Source of the DNA: Isurus oxyrinchus
Lineage: Eukaryota
Direction: 5' to 3'
Length of the DNA: 64,000 bases
Assembly (NCBI GenBank): GCA_026770705.1
Contig: JANJGN010000026.1
Coordinates: 31,310,001 to 31,374,000, forward strand
The notes beneath the pieces were generated by a model. It was not told the DNA's origin. It saw only the letters and a program-made list of their open reading frames with translations, and did no database searches. The position numbers were made by a program, and so were the translations under genes. This document shows positions 1 through 13,218 of the stretch, in pieces; position 1 is the stretch's first letter; the number at the start of each line of letters is the position of its first letter.

Positions 1-300
1 GCAGCATTGACTTTAATGACTTGGAGGAGCTTTCTACCAACTGTTCAGAATGGCGACAACTTATCCATCAAGCAGCATCACACTTTGAGTCACAGTGTCT
101 TCATGATGAGGCACAGCAGCAGCAGAGAAGTGGAATCAGATGCTGTGCTCCAGATCCCAATACTTCATGGATGTCCTGCCCCATGAGTCCAAATATCTGC
201 AGGTCAAGAATCAGTCTGTTCAGTCACAAGAAGACCCATGGCAGAAACTCACCACCCTGAGTAGACATCATCCTTGAATCGAGAGGCTGCTGACGAAGTA
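1..300 (+). mobile_element. RTE-like LINE 3' fragment
   Basis: Translation W..LIHQAASHFE...CP.SP.ICRSRISLFSH.KTH resembles the RTE C-terminal zinc knuckle; a second diverged copy lies at ~6160-6445. Confidence 0.6.
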
Positions 301-1314
301 TTAAACAACAACTAACACAGGCACTTGAGCACTGAGAGAATACACATAGACGGACAGGTTGTTTAACAGAATTCTGACCACAGAAAGTTCATTTCAGTGA
401 AGCCAGACTGAACATGAAGATGAGGCAGAAATAGAGGCAGACATGATAGCCCAAGATTAAACATAATGCAAACTGAATTAGAATCACCATTGGAGCAGCT
501 TTATTAGATTCACAATAACTAAGCATAATAAACAGAGGCCTTTCATTGTAGGATAATGAAAATACTGGACAAAGATAGGAATAGTTTGATTCTGAGGGGT
601 TGAGGAGAGGCTTGGTAGAGGATAGACAAAGGGTGTGGCTTCTGCAGCTTCTGTAGTTCTGCACTCTCACAAGGAAGGAGGTGGTTAGATTATGCAAGTG
701 TCACCATTAAGCTGCAAACATAAAATCAAGGCTTTCTTTAAGCAATGAAATGGATATAGAAATGAAGAGGCTCTGTCGGTTCAATGGAACTTGAGGGATT
801 TAGGGTCATTAATAAAAATGAAACATTCCCGCCTCTGAGCCAGAAACTCCTCTGCAGACAGTCCTGGTGAGTGAAGACGGCTCTCCAGCTCATTCTGGGT
901 TGACATCAGGCAGGATAGGTGTATCCGGCAGGTCTGGCTGTTCTCTCCCACTGTGTGAGCTGATCAAACTCTCCCGGCTAATGCCGGAACAACAAATCGG
1001 CTGGAATTAAATGCTTCCAGACACGAAAGTGGGGTTAAGCAGCCTGCGAATTCTTCCACTAATTCATACTGTTCTCCAAGGGATGAATTCAAAGAGAAAC
1101 AATCACTACGCCCTGTAATTTCCCGAAATAATTCCTGCTGCCTGTCCTGACTGAATCCATTTCAGCAGCAAATGTTGAAATGTTTGCTCCACACCCACAG
1201 GTGTAGACAGTTTCATCTGTTTAAAGCCACAAACAGAAAGGTCCAGTTTTCTCTTGGAGTTTGAGACGAATCAACTTTCAAAATGATGCCGTTTCTGGCA
1301 ATGAGGGAGATCCG

Positions 1315-1480
1315 GACTCAGCCCCGCCCCTCATTCACTCCAATTGCTTGGAGGACCAGCCACTTTCGCAGGGTCCTCCAGTCCCGCCCCGTCTTCCTAT
1401 TGGTCGCGAGTTGCCGTCAATCAGTCTCGGGCATTGTGATCTGAGCATGCGCACGCCATGGCGACGGACGGTAAGAGAGC
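1315..1480 (+). promoter_or_regulatory. CpG-rich promoter / non-coding first exon, probably of the downstream ZNF gene
   Basis: GC box CCCCGCCCC (1322), CCAAT/ATTGG boxes, NRF1-like TGAGCATGCGCA (1442), YY1-like GCCATGGCG, candidate donor GTAAGA at 1471. Confidence 0.5.
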
Positions 1481-2529
1481 TCGAGCGAGCGGGTTTAAAA
1501 TGGAGGGTTTACAAAGACCGAATGCGGATCCAGAACCCAAAATAAAACCTGCAACATTTTCTACTTAAGAGGCGACTAGAAACCGTAAACATTATCCCTG
1601 ACTTCCCGGTTTCTCCCGCTCATGTCTGACTTTGGAGTGAGTCCGGCGAGGCCCCAGCCCATGTGCAATGTCAGCTCATTCAGGAAGCGTCTGTAAATGG
1701 AGAGAAAGTGGTAAAAGTTAGGGAGCGTCTCTAAAAATGGTGATTGTCAGGAAATGTCTGCAAATGAAGGAAATAATGACTGAGCATGGAGTGCTTAAAA
1801 AGCAAGGGAACGTGCTGATGAACAGGGAATGTCTGTAAAGAATCATTGAGTCATAGAATTGTATAACGCTGTTACCAGAGAAGAAGATGATGCTTGACCT
1901 TGAACCTTTGCAGTCTGTGTGGTGAAACTGCTCCCACATTTCTGTGAGATAAGGAGTTACAGGAATTTCACTCAGTGATGATGAAGGAATGGTGACATGT
2001 TCAAATCATCAACAATAATGTGTGTTTATATGGCGCCTTTCTTGTAATAGAAAACTCCAAAGTGTTTCACAGGAGTTTTATGAAGCAACTTTTGCCACTG
2101 AGCCCACAGAAGGAGATGTTTGGCTAGATGACCAAAAGTTTGGTCAGAGATAGGTTTTAAGAATTATCTTGGAGGGTATGCGGCTGGAGAAAATCACAGA
2201 GATAGGAAGGAGCGATATCCTGAAGAGATTTGAGAACAAAAATTATAAATTTAAAATTTAAGTGCTTCTTAGCCTGGAAACGTACCTCAGCGAGCATGAT
2301 GGTGATGAGTAAACAAGACTTGGTGGAGTAAGCACATGGGCAGCAGAGTTTTGAATGACCTCAAGATCACAGGGAGGTTTAATGTGGGAGGCCGGCTGGG
2401 ATTCCGTTAGGATAGTTGTCTATAGGTAACAAATGAATAGATAAGAATTTCAATTGCATAGCAACTGAGACTAGGATGGAGTTGGATGATACTGAGGTGG
2501 AAATGGGCAGTCTTGGTGATGATAAAGGG

Positions 2530-3720
2530 GAGCCTGTAGACAAACTGTACTTGGATTTCCAGAAGGCATTTGATAAAATGCCACATCAAAGGTTATCACG
2601 ACAAATAAAAGCTCATGGTGTGGGATGTAACATGTTAGTATGGATAGAATATTGGCTGGCTGGCAGAAAACAGAGAGTATGCATAAATTGGTCTTTGTTG
2701 ATTGGCAGGATGTGATGAGTGGAGTCCCACAGGATCTGTGCTGGCACCTCAACTTTTTACAATTGATATCAATGACTTAGATGAGGGGAGAGAAGCCATT
2801 GTAGCTAAATTTGCAGATGACATGAAGATATGTAGAAATGTATGTTGTGAAGAGGACATAAGGAGGTTGCAGACGCATATAAATAGGCTGACTGATTGGG
2901 CAGAGATCTGGCAAATGAAGTTTAATATTGGAAAATGTGAAGTTGTTCACTTTAGCAGGAAGAATAAAAAAATAGAGTGTTACTTAAATGGAGAATGACT
3001 GCAGAATTCCAAGGTGCAGAGGGATATAGGTGTTCTAGTGCATGAGGCACAAAAAGTTAGTATGCAGGTAGTTAAGAAGGCTAAGGGAATACTTTTCTTT
3101 ATTACGAGAGGAATTGAACATCAAAGCAAGGATGTTATGCTTCAGTTATACAGGGCATTGGTGAGACCACATATCAAATACAGTGTGCAGTTTTTGGTCT
3201 CTTATTCAAAGAAAGATGTAAATACATTGGAGGTGGTTCAAAGGAGGTTTACTAGATTGCTACCTGGATGAGCGGGTTGTCTTTTGAGGATAGGTTGGAC
3301 AGGTTGGGCTTGTTTCCACTGGAGTTTAGAAAAGGGAGGGGTGACTTGATTGAAGTATATAAGATCCTGAATGGTCTTGACAAGGTGGATATGCAAAGGA
3401 TGTTTCCTCTTGTGGGTGAGTCCAGAACTAGGGGCATTGTTTTGAAATTAGGACACGCCCTTTTAGGACAGAGATGAGGAGAATTTTTTTCTCTGAGGAC
3501 TCTGGAACTCCCTGCCTCAGAAGTCAGTGGTGGTGGAGTCATTAAATATTTTTAAGGCAGAGTTAGATAGATTCTTGTTAGGCACAGGAATCAAAGTTTA
3601 TCGGGGGTAGATGGGAATGTGGAATTTGAAATGCAAGTAATCAGTCATGATTATATTGAATGGCGGCGTGGGCTCAAGGGGCTGAATGACCTAGTTATTC
3701 TCCTATTTTGCATGTTCGCA
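2530..3720 (+). mobile_element. CR1 LINE, 5'-truncated (RT to 3' UTR), degenerate
   Basis: ORF fragments YLDFQKAFDK, PQLFTIDINDLD, KFADD, LYRALVRPH, RGDLIEVYKIL; several frameshifts. Confidence 0.9.
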
Positions 3721-3874
3721 TGATGCAGATATGTGGTTTGAAGGTCAGTTTGGGGTGAAACATGACACCAATGTTGTGAACAGTCTGGTTCAGTCTCAGA
3801 CAGTTGCTGGGGAAATGATGGAGTCTGTGGCTGTGGAGTGGAGAAGAGACTGAAGACAATGGTTTCAGTTATCA

Positions 3875-4700
3875 GGGAGACATTGGCATAATGGTATTGT
3901 CACTGGACAAGTAATTCAGAGATCAGGGTAATGCTTGAGGGACCCAGGTTCAAATCCCACCACAACATCAGGCTTTCACCAAGACACCTTACACAGCACC
4001 TTCCAAACCCACAGCCACACTACCTAGGAGGACAAGGGCAGCAGATAGATGGGAACACCACCACCTGGAGGTTCCCCTCCAAGTAACTCATCATCCTGAC
4101 TTGGAAATATATTGCCGTTTCTTCACTGTCACTGGGTCAAAATCCTGGAACTCCCTTCCTAACAGCACTGTGAGTGTACCTACACCACATGGACTGCAGC
4201 GGTTCAAGAAGGCAGCTCAACCCATCTTCTCAAGGGCAACTAGGAATGGGGAATAAACACTGGCCCAGCCAGCGAAACCCATGAGTGAATAAAAAAAACT
4301 TTACAAGACAGATGGTGGAATTTAATTTCAATGAAAAGTCTAATGTTGGCAACAAAATCATTGTCGATAGTCGTAAAAACCCATCTAGTTCACTAATGTC
4401 CTTTAGAGGAGGAAATCTGCCATCCTTACCTGGTCTGGCCTACGTGTGACTCCAGACCCACAAGAATGTGATTGACTCTGAAATGCCCTCAGTAGTATCA
4501 AACCACGACTGGAAAATGATTAAGAAATGAAACCAGACCACCCGGCATCGGCCCAGGCACCAGAAGCGACAAAGGCAAACTCAGCCCTGTCAACCCGATG
4601 AAGTCCTCCATACTAACATCTGCAGGCTGGTGCCAAGAATGAGAGAGCTGTCTCATAGAGGAGTTAAGCAACAGCCTGACATACTCATATTCACGAAACC
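3875..4700 (+). mobile_element. tRNA-headed SINE interrupted by a LINE 3' tail (~3970-4298)
   Basis: A/B-box-like GGCATAATGG...GGTTCAAATCCCACCAC; the inner segment ends in AATAAAAAAAAA; related pieces recur elsewhere in the window. Confidence 0.5.
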
Positions 4701-5378
4701 ATAGTTCTTGTGGAGACAAAGTCCTGTCTTTACATTGAGGATACCCTCCATTATGTTGTCTGGTATATAACCCTAGATCTCAAACAGATCATGCAACCAT
4801 GAGGTGCTGTGAGCCATCGGCAGCAGCAGAATTGTACTCAATCACAGTCTTCAATTTTGCCTTGAATCATCATCCTCTTGATCATTTACTCAGTCTTCCA
4901 TCCTATTGCAGACCATTTGTTCTTTCCTCCTCTCCCCCTCTCTTTTACCTGACCCTATATTTGCTGGAAAAGTATTAAATCTTTCACTCTTTCCTGTTTG
5001 GATAAAGGGTCACCGATGTGAAACATTCACTCTGTTTACCTCTCCATAGATACTGTTTGACCTGCTGAGTGTTTCCAACATTTTCTGTTTTGAGGTCAAT
5101 TTCTAGCATCTGCAGTATTTTTTGGGGGGCCACTGTGTTTTCTCTCACTTATCGTTACCTGTTTAAAGGTGAAGAAGAGCTTTTAAAGAATGAAACAGCT
5201 GTAATTGTCTTGAAGGGTCATTCGGACTCGAAACGTTAACTGTGCTCCTCTCCACAAATGCTGCCAGACCTGCTGAGTTTTTCCAGGTATTTTTGTTTTT
5301 GTTTTAGTAAGTATCACCCTGTTCAACATGAAACTAAACTAATTGTTAATTCCTCATCGGTAATAATTTTAAACACAA

Positions 5379-5449
5379 AGTTTTGGCCGGGATTGAACCG
5401 GGGACTCTCTCATGTAAAGTCAATGTGATAATCACTGCACTGGGGAAAT
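5379..5449 (-). pseudogene. tRNA-Val pseudogene (TAC-like anticodon)
   Basis: Reverse complement ATTTCCCCAGTGCAGTGATTATCAC...CTTTACAT...GTCCCCGGTTCAATCCCGGCCAAAAC aligns by eye to vertebrate tRNA-Val; stems contain mismatches. Confidence 0.75.
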
Positions 5450-5559
5450 GAGTGTGAATCTCCCCGGACAGAGGGGAACTGACCATCCATCTCTAGCTCT
5501 AATTCCCAAACAGAAAATGCTGCCAAGAATCAGCAAGTCAGGCTGAGTCTGTGGCCGCT

Positions 5560-5810
5560 CTCAGCGTCTGAAACCGTTACAATTGACGGTTGCTCCGGAC
5601 CAATAGGAAAAGGGGGCAGGTCTGGGGGACATGCGTGCGCGAGAGGCTGGCCCTGCAACCAATGAGGAGGTGGGGCTGACTGAAGCATGTGCATTGTGGG
5701 TAATGGGGGTCCACAATGGGTAAAGAGGGGGGATGGCGGGGCGGAGGGAGCGATGGACGAAGACATGTTGTGTAAACCCGCAGCCGTGTTCAACTCGGGC
5801 TAAAGGCCCC
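5560..5810 (+). promoter_or_regulatory. second GC/CCAAT-rich promoter-like island
   Basis: Two CCAAT boxes, GGGGCGGAG GC box, NRF1-like CATGCGTGCGC, local CpG enrichment. Confidence 0.4.
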
Positions 5811-6159
5811 AATGTTTTTTATTCATTCCTGGGATGTGGGTGTCCGTGGCTGCAGCCAGCAGTTACTGGCCATTCCTAAGTGCCCTTGTTCAGAGGGCAG
5901 TTCAGGATCATCACATTACTGTGGGGTCTGGGGTCACAGATAGGCCAGACCAGGTAAGGATTTTTATAACTATCAACAATGGTTTCATGGTCATCTTTAG
6001 ACTTTTAATTCTGGATTTTTATTGAATTCAAATTTCACCATCTGCTGTGGTGGGAATTGATCCCAGAGGCCACAGCATTACTCTGGGTCTCTTGAATATG
6101 AGTACGTCACAATGCCACTATGCCACCACAATGGGCACATGTAGGGGGCAATGTTTTAA

Positions 6160-6445
6160 TGACTGGGAGGAGCTTGTTACCCATTGTTCAAAATGATGAC
6201 AACTTGTCCATCAAGCTGTATTAACCTTTGAGCTGATCAATAATGTCTTATTGATGAGGCAAAGCAGCAGCAGAGAAGGCAAGAAAAGGAAGAAAATCCT
6301 GCTCTCCTGATCTCACTACCTCATAGACGACCTGCCCCATGTGTCCAAAGATCTGTGTGTCTGTTCAGTCACATGAAGACCTATGGCAAAAACTCACAAC
6401 CCTGAGTAGACATCACCCTCTAATTGAGGGACTGCTGACGACAAT
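6160..6445 (+). mobile_element. RTE-like LINE 3' fragment (copy of 1-300)
   Basis: Shares GACT.GG..GAGCTT...CTGTTCAGTCAC..GAAGAC...CCCTGAGTAGACATCA with 1-300. Confidence 0.6.
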
Positions 6446-6689
6446 GAGGGACAATGTGCAGAGGACGCATGTGAGGTCAATCTGGACCAGGAAGGAGGAG
6501 GAGAGAATGTTGTGAATTTCTATCCTGGGATGGATTTTGGAAACTCCTTTTACAGGGGGTTAGAAGGGGAGGATTTATGCACAGCAAACTCAAAGCAAGA
6601 AAAATATTTGTCTCCTCTGAATTTCCATCCTGGACTGATAGTGATTGTTTCTATAAACTCATGGGGTACCGGAAGCAGAGGTCTTTTTT

Positions 6690-7250
6690 AAGGAGTATCT
6701 TAAAGGAGGAAAGGAAGATAGAGAGGCAGACAGGATTAGTAATGAAATCTCAGAGTTTATGGCCTTGGCAGCTACAGGTACCAAATGTGGAGCAAATGAA
6801 ATCAGGAATTGTCAGGAAGTCAGAAGTAGAGGAGTGCTGATATCTCAGAGGTAACAAAGGAATGGATGATGATTTCAGCAGCAAATGGGCTGAGACTTGG
6901 GTGGAGCCTGGTGATGTTACTAGTCTTCATGATGATGCAGGTATGTGGTTGGAGCTTGTCTTGGGGTCAAATATGACACCAATGTTTTGAAGGATCTCCT
7001 TCAGCCTCAGGCAGTTGACAGAGAGGGGGCTGGAGTCAGTGCCTAGGGAGTGAAGTTTGTAGTGGGGACTGAGGACAATGTCTTCAGCCTTCTCAATATT
7101 TAAATGGAGGAAAATTCTCCTCATCCACTGCTGGGTGTTGGGCAGGTCAGGATGGTGTGTGACTTGGAGGGGAACCTGGAGGTGATGGTGTTCACATACA
7201 CCCGCTACCCTGGTCCTTCTAGGTGGTGGAGATTGAGGATTCATGAGATT
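6690..7250 (-). mobile_element. L2-like LINE fragment
   Basis: Minus-strand FLHLNIEKAE...CLRL...NIGVIFDP; a similar fragment lies at ~2000-2520. Confidence 0.65.
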
Positions 7251-7662
7251 CTGTTAAAGTTCTGGTCGATTTGCACAAAAGTAAATAATATTCCTCTCCT
7301 CTGATTCTGCTCCCAGCTTCTTTCACTCTTCTCCCCCCATATTCCAGAGTCTTGTGTAGGACGAGACTGGGTGGCATGTTTCCTGAAGCATATTAGTGAA
7401 CCAGCTGGGGTTTTACGACAATCCAGCAGTTTTCATGGTCATATTTTCCTAGTGTCAGCCCCACAAATCGCCAGATTCATTCAGCTCAATTTCACAATCT
7501 GTCTTTGTGTTTTTGTGGGGTCTCTTTTTTCTGTTTTAAATTATTTTGATAGGTTTTTAGAAGGGGAGGTTTTCGAATCCGGAAACTCAAACCAAGCATC
7601 ACATCAGGATCTGACAGAGTCATCCAATTTATCATAATCTTAAACATCATCAGATTTTGAAC

Positions 7663-8445
7663 ATGGAAGGAGAAAGCACCATTCACAGCAGAGAGAAACC
7701 GCACATGTGCCCTGTGTGTGGACGAGGCTTCAGCCGATCATATGGCCTGTCGAAACACAAGTGCAGTCATGCAGGGGAGAAACCATGGAAATGTGGACTG
7801 TGGGAAGGGATTCAGATCCTCTTCTGAGTTGGATACTCATTAACGCACTCACACTGGGGAGAAGCCGTTCATCTGCTCCATATGTGGGAAGGGATTCATT
7901 TGGTCAGCAAACCTGCTGACACACCAGCATGTTCACACAGGGGAGAGACCGTTCACCTGCTCCGAGTGTGGGAAGGGATTCACTCATTTATCGTCCCTGC
8001 TGAGACACCAGCGAGTTCACACTGGAGAGAGGCCATTCACATGCTCTGCGTGTGGGAAAGGATTCACTGATGCATCCAACCTGTTGAGACACCAGCAAGT
8101 TCATACTGACAAGAGACTTTTTAAATGCCCAGACTGTGGGAAGTGCTTTAAAAGTTCTGGGGTCTGATGTCGCATCAGCATGTTCACACTGATGAGAGAC
8201 CTTTTAATTGTCCAGAATGTGGGAAATGCTATAAAAGGTTCTGGGAACTAATGTTCCATCAACGTGTTCACACTGACAAGAGACCGTTCAGGTGCTCTCA
8301 CTGTGGGACTGGGTTCAGGAGATCACCTGAACTCACTGTACACCAGCGAGTTCACACTGGGGAGAGACTGTTCACCTGCCCCGAGTGTGGGAAGAGATTC
8401 ACACGGTCATCCATCCTGATGAGACACCAGCAAGTTCACAACTAA
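7663..8445 (+). pseudogene. C2H2 (Kruppel-type) zinc-finger pseudogene, ~9 fingers
   Basis: [23 protein letters not shown]... followed by repeated HTGE[KR]PF.C..CGK.F; frameshift near 7795, in-frame TAA at 7841, second frameshift near 8162. Confidence 0.88.
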
Positions 8446-8769
8446 CTCTTTCGAGTACAAACACGTTTCCATCTGTTTCAGATGAAGTTACATTGTTTCA
8501 TAGTTTGTCATTGTGAGATTTGAACTCTTGATCTTGGGGTTACAAACCCAGTACCATAACCACTTGGCTATTTAGGCCAAACCCCACAAGTAACTACAGT
8601 GATTGGATTTCGCTGTTAATCACATTCACGACTGAACCATGTTCTTTGGGGTCTATTTCTGCTGAATGTTAATCAACTCCAAACCAGTTGTAGTTGTTAG
8701 TATTGTTGAAATTTAAAAAAGATTAGTTTTGTGTAAAGTACACAGTGAGGCGAATCTTTTTAATCTCTC

Positions 8770-9890
8770 TAACTCACGAAGTTCCTTTTGAAGGGCTCTC
8801 CCTCTCCTCTGTCTTCTCCATACTCACCCCCAACAAGTGTGAGGAGCTCATGGAGCTTCTTTGTCACTAAGGTTGAGACAATCCCATCTGTTGACTCTAC
8901 TGCTTCCCTCTCATCCACTGGCCAATCGGGCAAAACTATCTTTAAAGCTCCTCCTTGTCCGAGCCCTGAACTTACATCTTTCCCCAGTTTCTCTTCTATC
9001 TCTCCCTCATTCCCTTCAGTGCTCATCTTATCCATGAGACCCACCTTCTGCTCCACTGACTCTAGTCCCACTAAGCTGCTGACCATTCAACTCTCGCTCT
9101 CTCCTGGTACTATCCCTCTATCTTTAATCCACCATCATCACCCATTCTATAAAAAAAAAATCTTTAACCCCATCTCCAACTCCCTTTCCTCTCCAACGTC
9201 CTTGTACTTGGTGTCCCCCAAGGATCTATCCTTGGACCCTCCTGTTTCTCATCTACCCACTGCCACTAGGTGACACCATCCAAAAGCACCACATAAGGTT
9301 TCAAATGTACACTGACAACTCTACCTCACCACCATCCCTCTCCATTCCTCCAATTACTAAATTATCAAACTACTTATCCGACATCCAGTACTGAAATAAG
9401 CAGAAATTTCCTCCAATTAACAATTTGGAAGTCTTCAGTCACCATAATAAATTCTGTTCCCTAACTACCAAGTCCATCCCTCTCCCTGGGAACTGTCTGA
9501 GGCTGAACCACACTCTTCATAATCTTGGTGTCATATTTCACCCCAAGATGAGTTTCTGACCACATACCCGCACCATCACGAATACCAGATATTTCAATCT
9601 CCATAACGTCACCTGTCTCCCCCCGCACCCCAGCTCATGTGCTACTGAAACCCTCATCCATGCCCATGTTACCTTTAGACTTGACAATTCCAATTGACCA
9701 ACCTCAATACATTCACCCCACCCCCACATGGAACCGTGAGATCATCCAAAACTCTGCTGCCTGTGTGCTTTCTCACATCAAGTCCTGTTCATCCATCACC
9801 CCTGTGCTCACTGACCTACATCGGCTCCTGGTCAAACAATGCCTCGATTTTAAAATTCACATTCTTGATTTCAAATCCCTCCATGGCCGT
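8770..9890 (+). mobile_element. L2-like LINE fragment
   Basis: GVPQGSILGP-like, NLGVIF and IQNSAACVL...ITPVL.DLH.L.V motifs in broken frames. Confidence 0.75.
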
Positions 9891-10006
9891 CTATCATCTG
9901 AATTATATCTACATCAATATAACACTGTCTGTGAACTATTGCTGTCAGTTCAGTTCAATTGAAGTAATACTCTCTGATTTCCTCTTCCTTTGACCGTGTG
10001 TTCCAG

Positions 10007-10310
10007 ATCTGAGCGATGGAGATTCTGTTACACAGCGCGAATCCTCGCTCACACAGGCAGAGCGAGAAGATGTCGCTTTAACCTGCATCTTTACTGGCGA
10101 TGGTTATTACTTATCCTGGTGCTGTCAATACCCAGACAGACAGCCCGAGTTTGCACTCCAGAGACACATGGGCGGTGATTCTGAATTTAAGGCGGATTTT
10201 GCTTAGAGCCGGTTTTCTGATACATTCCAGCAGACAGACAGATTGTACCGATTGACCTTCTCGGATCTGCGGCTGTCTGACACCGCAGTATATTACTGTG
10301 CACTGAGTCT
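10007..10310 (+). pseudogene. TCR alpha/delta V pseudogene (V exon; leader not found)
   Basis: TTCCAG acceptor, then DSVTQRESSLTQAEREDVALTC...LSWCCQYPDRQPEF...KADFA*SRFS...LRLSDTAVYYCALS; TAG at 10204; degenerate heptamer CATAGCG at 10311. Confidence 0.9.
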
Positions 10311-10479
10311 CATAGCGATTGTTCCTCGTTCAATAACTGCTGCAGCTTTCTGGGTTACAGCTTCTCTCTGTTGAGGGCTGTTTACCACAGCGGGTCAGAC
10401 ACTGTCACGTGAATCCATTCCTACTAGCAATAAAACAAGCACAAGAACAAGTACAACAAAAACTGCATCTGAAATCGGT

Positions 10480-11335
10480 CCCTTTGATTGCTGACCCTCT
10501 TCCTGATGATTGCATTAACGTTATGGGGGCTGAATTGGCTGCTCGCCATTCCCCATTTCCCAAAACTATCTCCAGACCCTTTCCTGGAACCGTTCTACTA
10601 GTTTAGCTTCAGAGGCAGTTCGTGGCAAACAGAAAAGGAATAATTGTTCTGAAACATCAGTCTGCAGTGGAAACAGCAGTACTCCAAGCTATAAGGGCGT
10701 AATAATTATATGAACCAGTAAATGTTCCTAAATGTAAAAGAAATTTGGACATATTAAAACAGAGCATGTGTAATCTGAGCAGTTCCTGAAAGTGTGCTGC
10801 CATCTTGCGGGAGAAATCAGAATTGTCCCCGTCATTGTTTCCTTCAGTTCAGAGAACTGTTGTTCAGGAATTATCTTCCGAAGACACTCAAAGGGCACAA
10901 ATCCCTACGGCAATCCTCATAAGCACCATCTAATTACGTTCATGTTGAACAATGGCTCTCTCTTTGATGATTGCATGAACGGAATGAGGGCAGAATTGGC
11001 TGCTCCTTATTCCCATTAAGAAAACACACTCCCACCCGCTTTCCTGGTGCCAGTTCAGTTGGTTTCCCGCTTCTTCTGACATGGCTGCAATAATTGGTTG
11101 TTTCTACCGGCCTGCAGGGGAAGCAGAAGTCCGCCAGCTCGAGACGATTCGAATAATTTGATGAGCCTGTTTAAATGTCCCTCAGTGTTAAAGACTTTCG
11201 GACATATTGAAAAGAATTATCCGTTTCTGAGGTGTTGCTGCCACCTGGTGGAAGCAATCAGAATGCCGCAGGCAATATTTTCTTCAATTCAGAGCGACTG
11301 CTTAGGAGTAATATTTCTAGGAGACTCAAAAGGTA
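10480..11335. repeat. diverged ~450-bp tandem duplication, each unit with a CTCF-like motif
   Basis: GATGATTGCAT.AACG...GAATTGGCTGCTC at ~10505 and ~10967; GGACATATT.AAA...TGCTGCCA.CT.G.GG at 10795 and 11236. Confidence 0.7.
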
Positions 11336-11609
11336 AGTAAGATCGATTGTTGTAATTCTATATCGTGATATTACTATAGTTGCTGCACTAGGGTGTACCT
11401 CTTTTTATATCACATTACACTGAGTGGTCAGCATTGATTGTTGCCTGAATATACAATGTGTGAAGGCGTAAGTTTGGTGAGTGAGGGTGTTCAGTGAAGA
11501 TACAAATTAATTAATCAAAATAAATGTAATTCGCTCAATAAAGATGGCAGGAGAGGTGATGTGTCTCGGCTGCAGCATGTGTGAGCTACTGGCTTGCACT
11601 GCAATCCAT

Positions 11610-12370
11610 GGCAACCACATAAGACCATAAGACTTAGGAGCAGAAGTAGGCCATTCGGCCCATCGAGTCTAGGTCCGCCATTCAGTGAGATCATGGCTAT
11701 TCTGATAATCCTCAACTCCACTTTCCTGTCTTTCCACTATCACCCATGATTCACTTACTTACTGTATTTCTCAACCTTGGATATATTTAACGACCTAGCC
11801 TCTTTGGTAAACAATTCCACAGATTGACGACCCTCTGAGAGAATAGATTCCTCCTCATCTCTATTTTAAGTGGGGGGCCCCATTACTCTGCGATTATGCC
11901 CACCCCCACCCCCCCCCCCCCCCCCCCCCCCGCCAATCCCACGTGCTAGGAAACCCTGTGCCACTCTGCGTAACATCTGTCGCTTGTAAAATGCTAGAGT
12001 CAATTATTAAGGAAGTAGTAACAACCTAACTAGTGTCTTACAAATGTTCAACATGACATGTTCAACTCTTTTACACAATGCCCCTATTAATAAAGCCTAA
12101 GATACTGTATGCTTTATTAACTGCTCTCTCAACATGCTGTGCCATCTTCAATAGCTTATGTACATATATATACGCAGGTTCCTTTGTGCCTGCATCTCCT
12201 TTAGAGTTTGTCCCTTTATTTTATACTATTTCTCCATATTCTTTCGGCCAAAATGAATTGCATCACACTTCTGTGGCATTGAACTTCTTCTGGCAAACCA
12301 CCCACGTCTCTATGTCCTTCTGAAGTTCAAATCTATCCCAAACAAAATTCACAAAGTTTCCAATCTTTGT
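11610..12370 (-). mobile_element. CR1 LINE fragments
   Basis: 3' tail CATAAGACCATAAGA...GGCCATTCGGCCC (minus orientation) and RT-region remnants. Confidence 0.7.
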
Positions 12371-13027
12371 ATTATCTGCTAGTCTTGGAATCTATCTCAG
12401 AACAGCACAATCTAGTTTCTTACATCCAGGTCACCATAAGAAGACAAGTGTTATTCGTGGGAGCGTTGCTGAGCTGGAAGTCAGTGAATAGAAGCAGCTC
12501 GAGCTGCGCTGCAGCCAGTGTCCTCATTGTGGGAATAGTTCAGCTGCTAGAGACCGGGGTTGGGCATAAGAGTCCGGTACGTTCATTAGGGACTGTCTCG
12601 ATGTCCTGGGCCCACATCCCACCTTTAACAAACACCACCCAATACGAACTCATGCACCGACCTCCCGGTTCATCACTGTGGGGTAAGGAGGGCGGCAGCA
12701 CAACTGGCAGAAAGAAAAGCTCCCTACCCCCAGCCCTGTACAACAGAGTATTGTGGGAGGGGATTTCACATCCGGATCACAATCCCAATGTAGAGTCAGA
12801 AAATTGCAGCCTCCTTTTATAAACCTGTCTCTTATTCACAAAACATTTAGCCAGCGACCCGAGAACCGTGCGGCCCATCAATGATCTCAGCTAAGCTGCC
12901 CTTTGTAAATCAACTCGATCCCCTAAGGTGTTTCAGTCCAGCCCTGAAGTCCGGTCTCCCAGGGCAGTCCAGGGCTGCAGTCTCCAGCTCCCCGTCACAT
13001 AAACCCCCAGCTCTAGGCAGCAGAGCG

Positions 13028-13070
13028 ATGGGAATCCTCCTTGTTTTCACCCTGTGTGTCTGTATACCCC
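13028..13070 (+). CDS. NAR-TCR V leader exon (cassette A)
   Basis: MGILLVFTLCVCIP, phase-1 donor GTCAGT (GTGAGT in the paralog); in frame with the V exon. Confidence 0.88.
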
Positions 13071-13218
13071 GTCAGTACCGATCAAACAAACCGACATTGT
13101 GTGGGTTTAATATAAAGCTGCTTGAGTCCATCCCAATTACAGACAATGTCTGCGGGTTTAACCCCGCTCCGTGGTTCGGCTCTGATGGTCCATTACACTC
13201 TCTCTGTTTAATTTCCAG

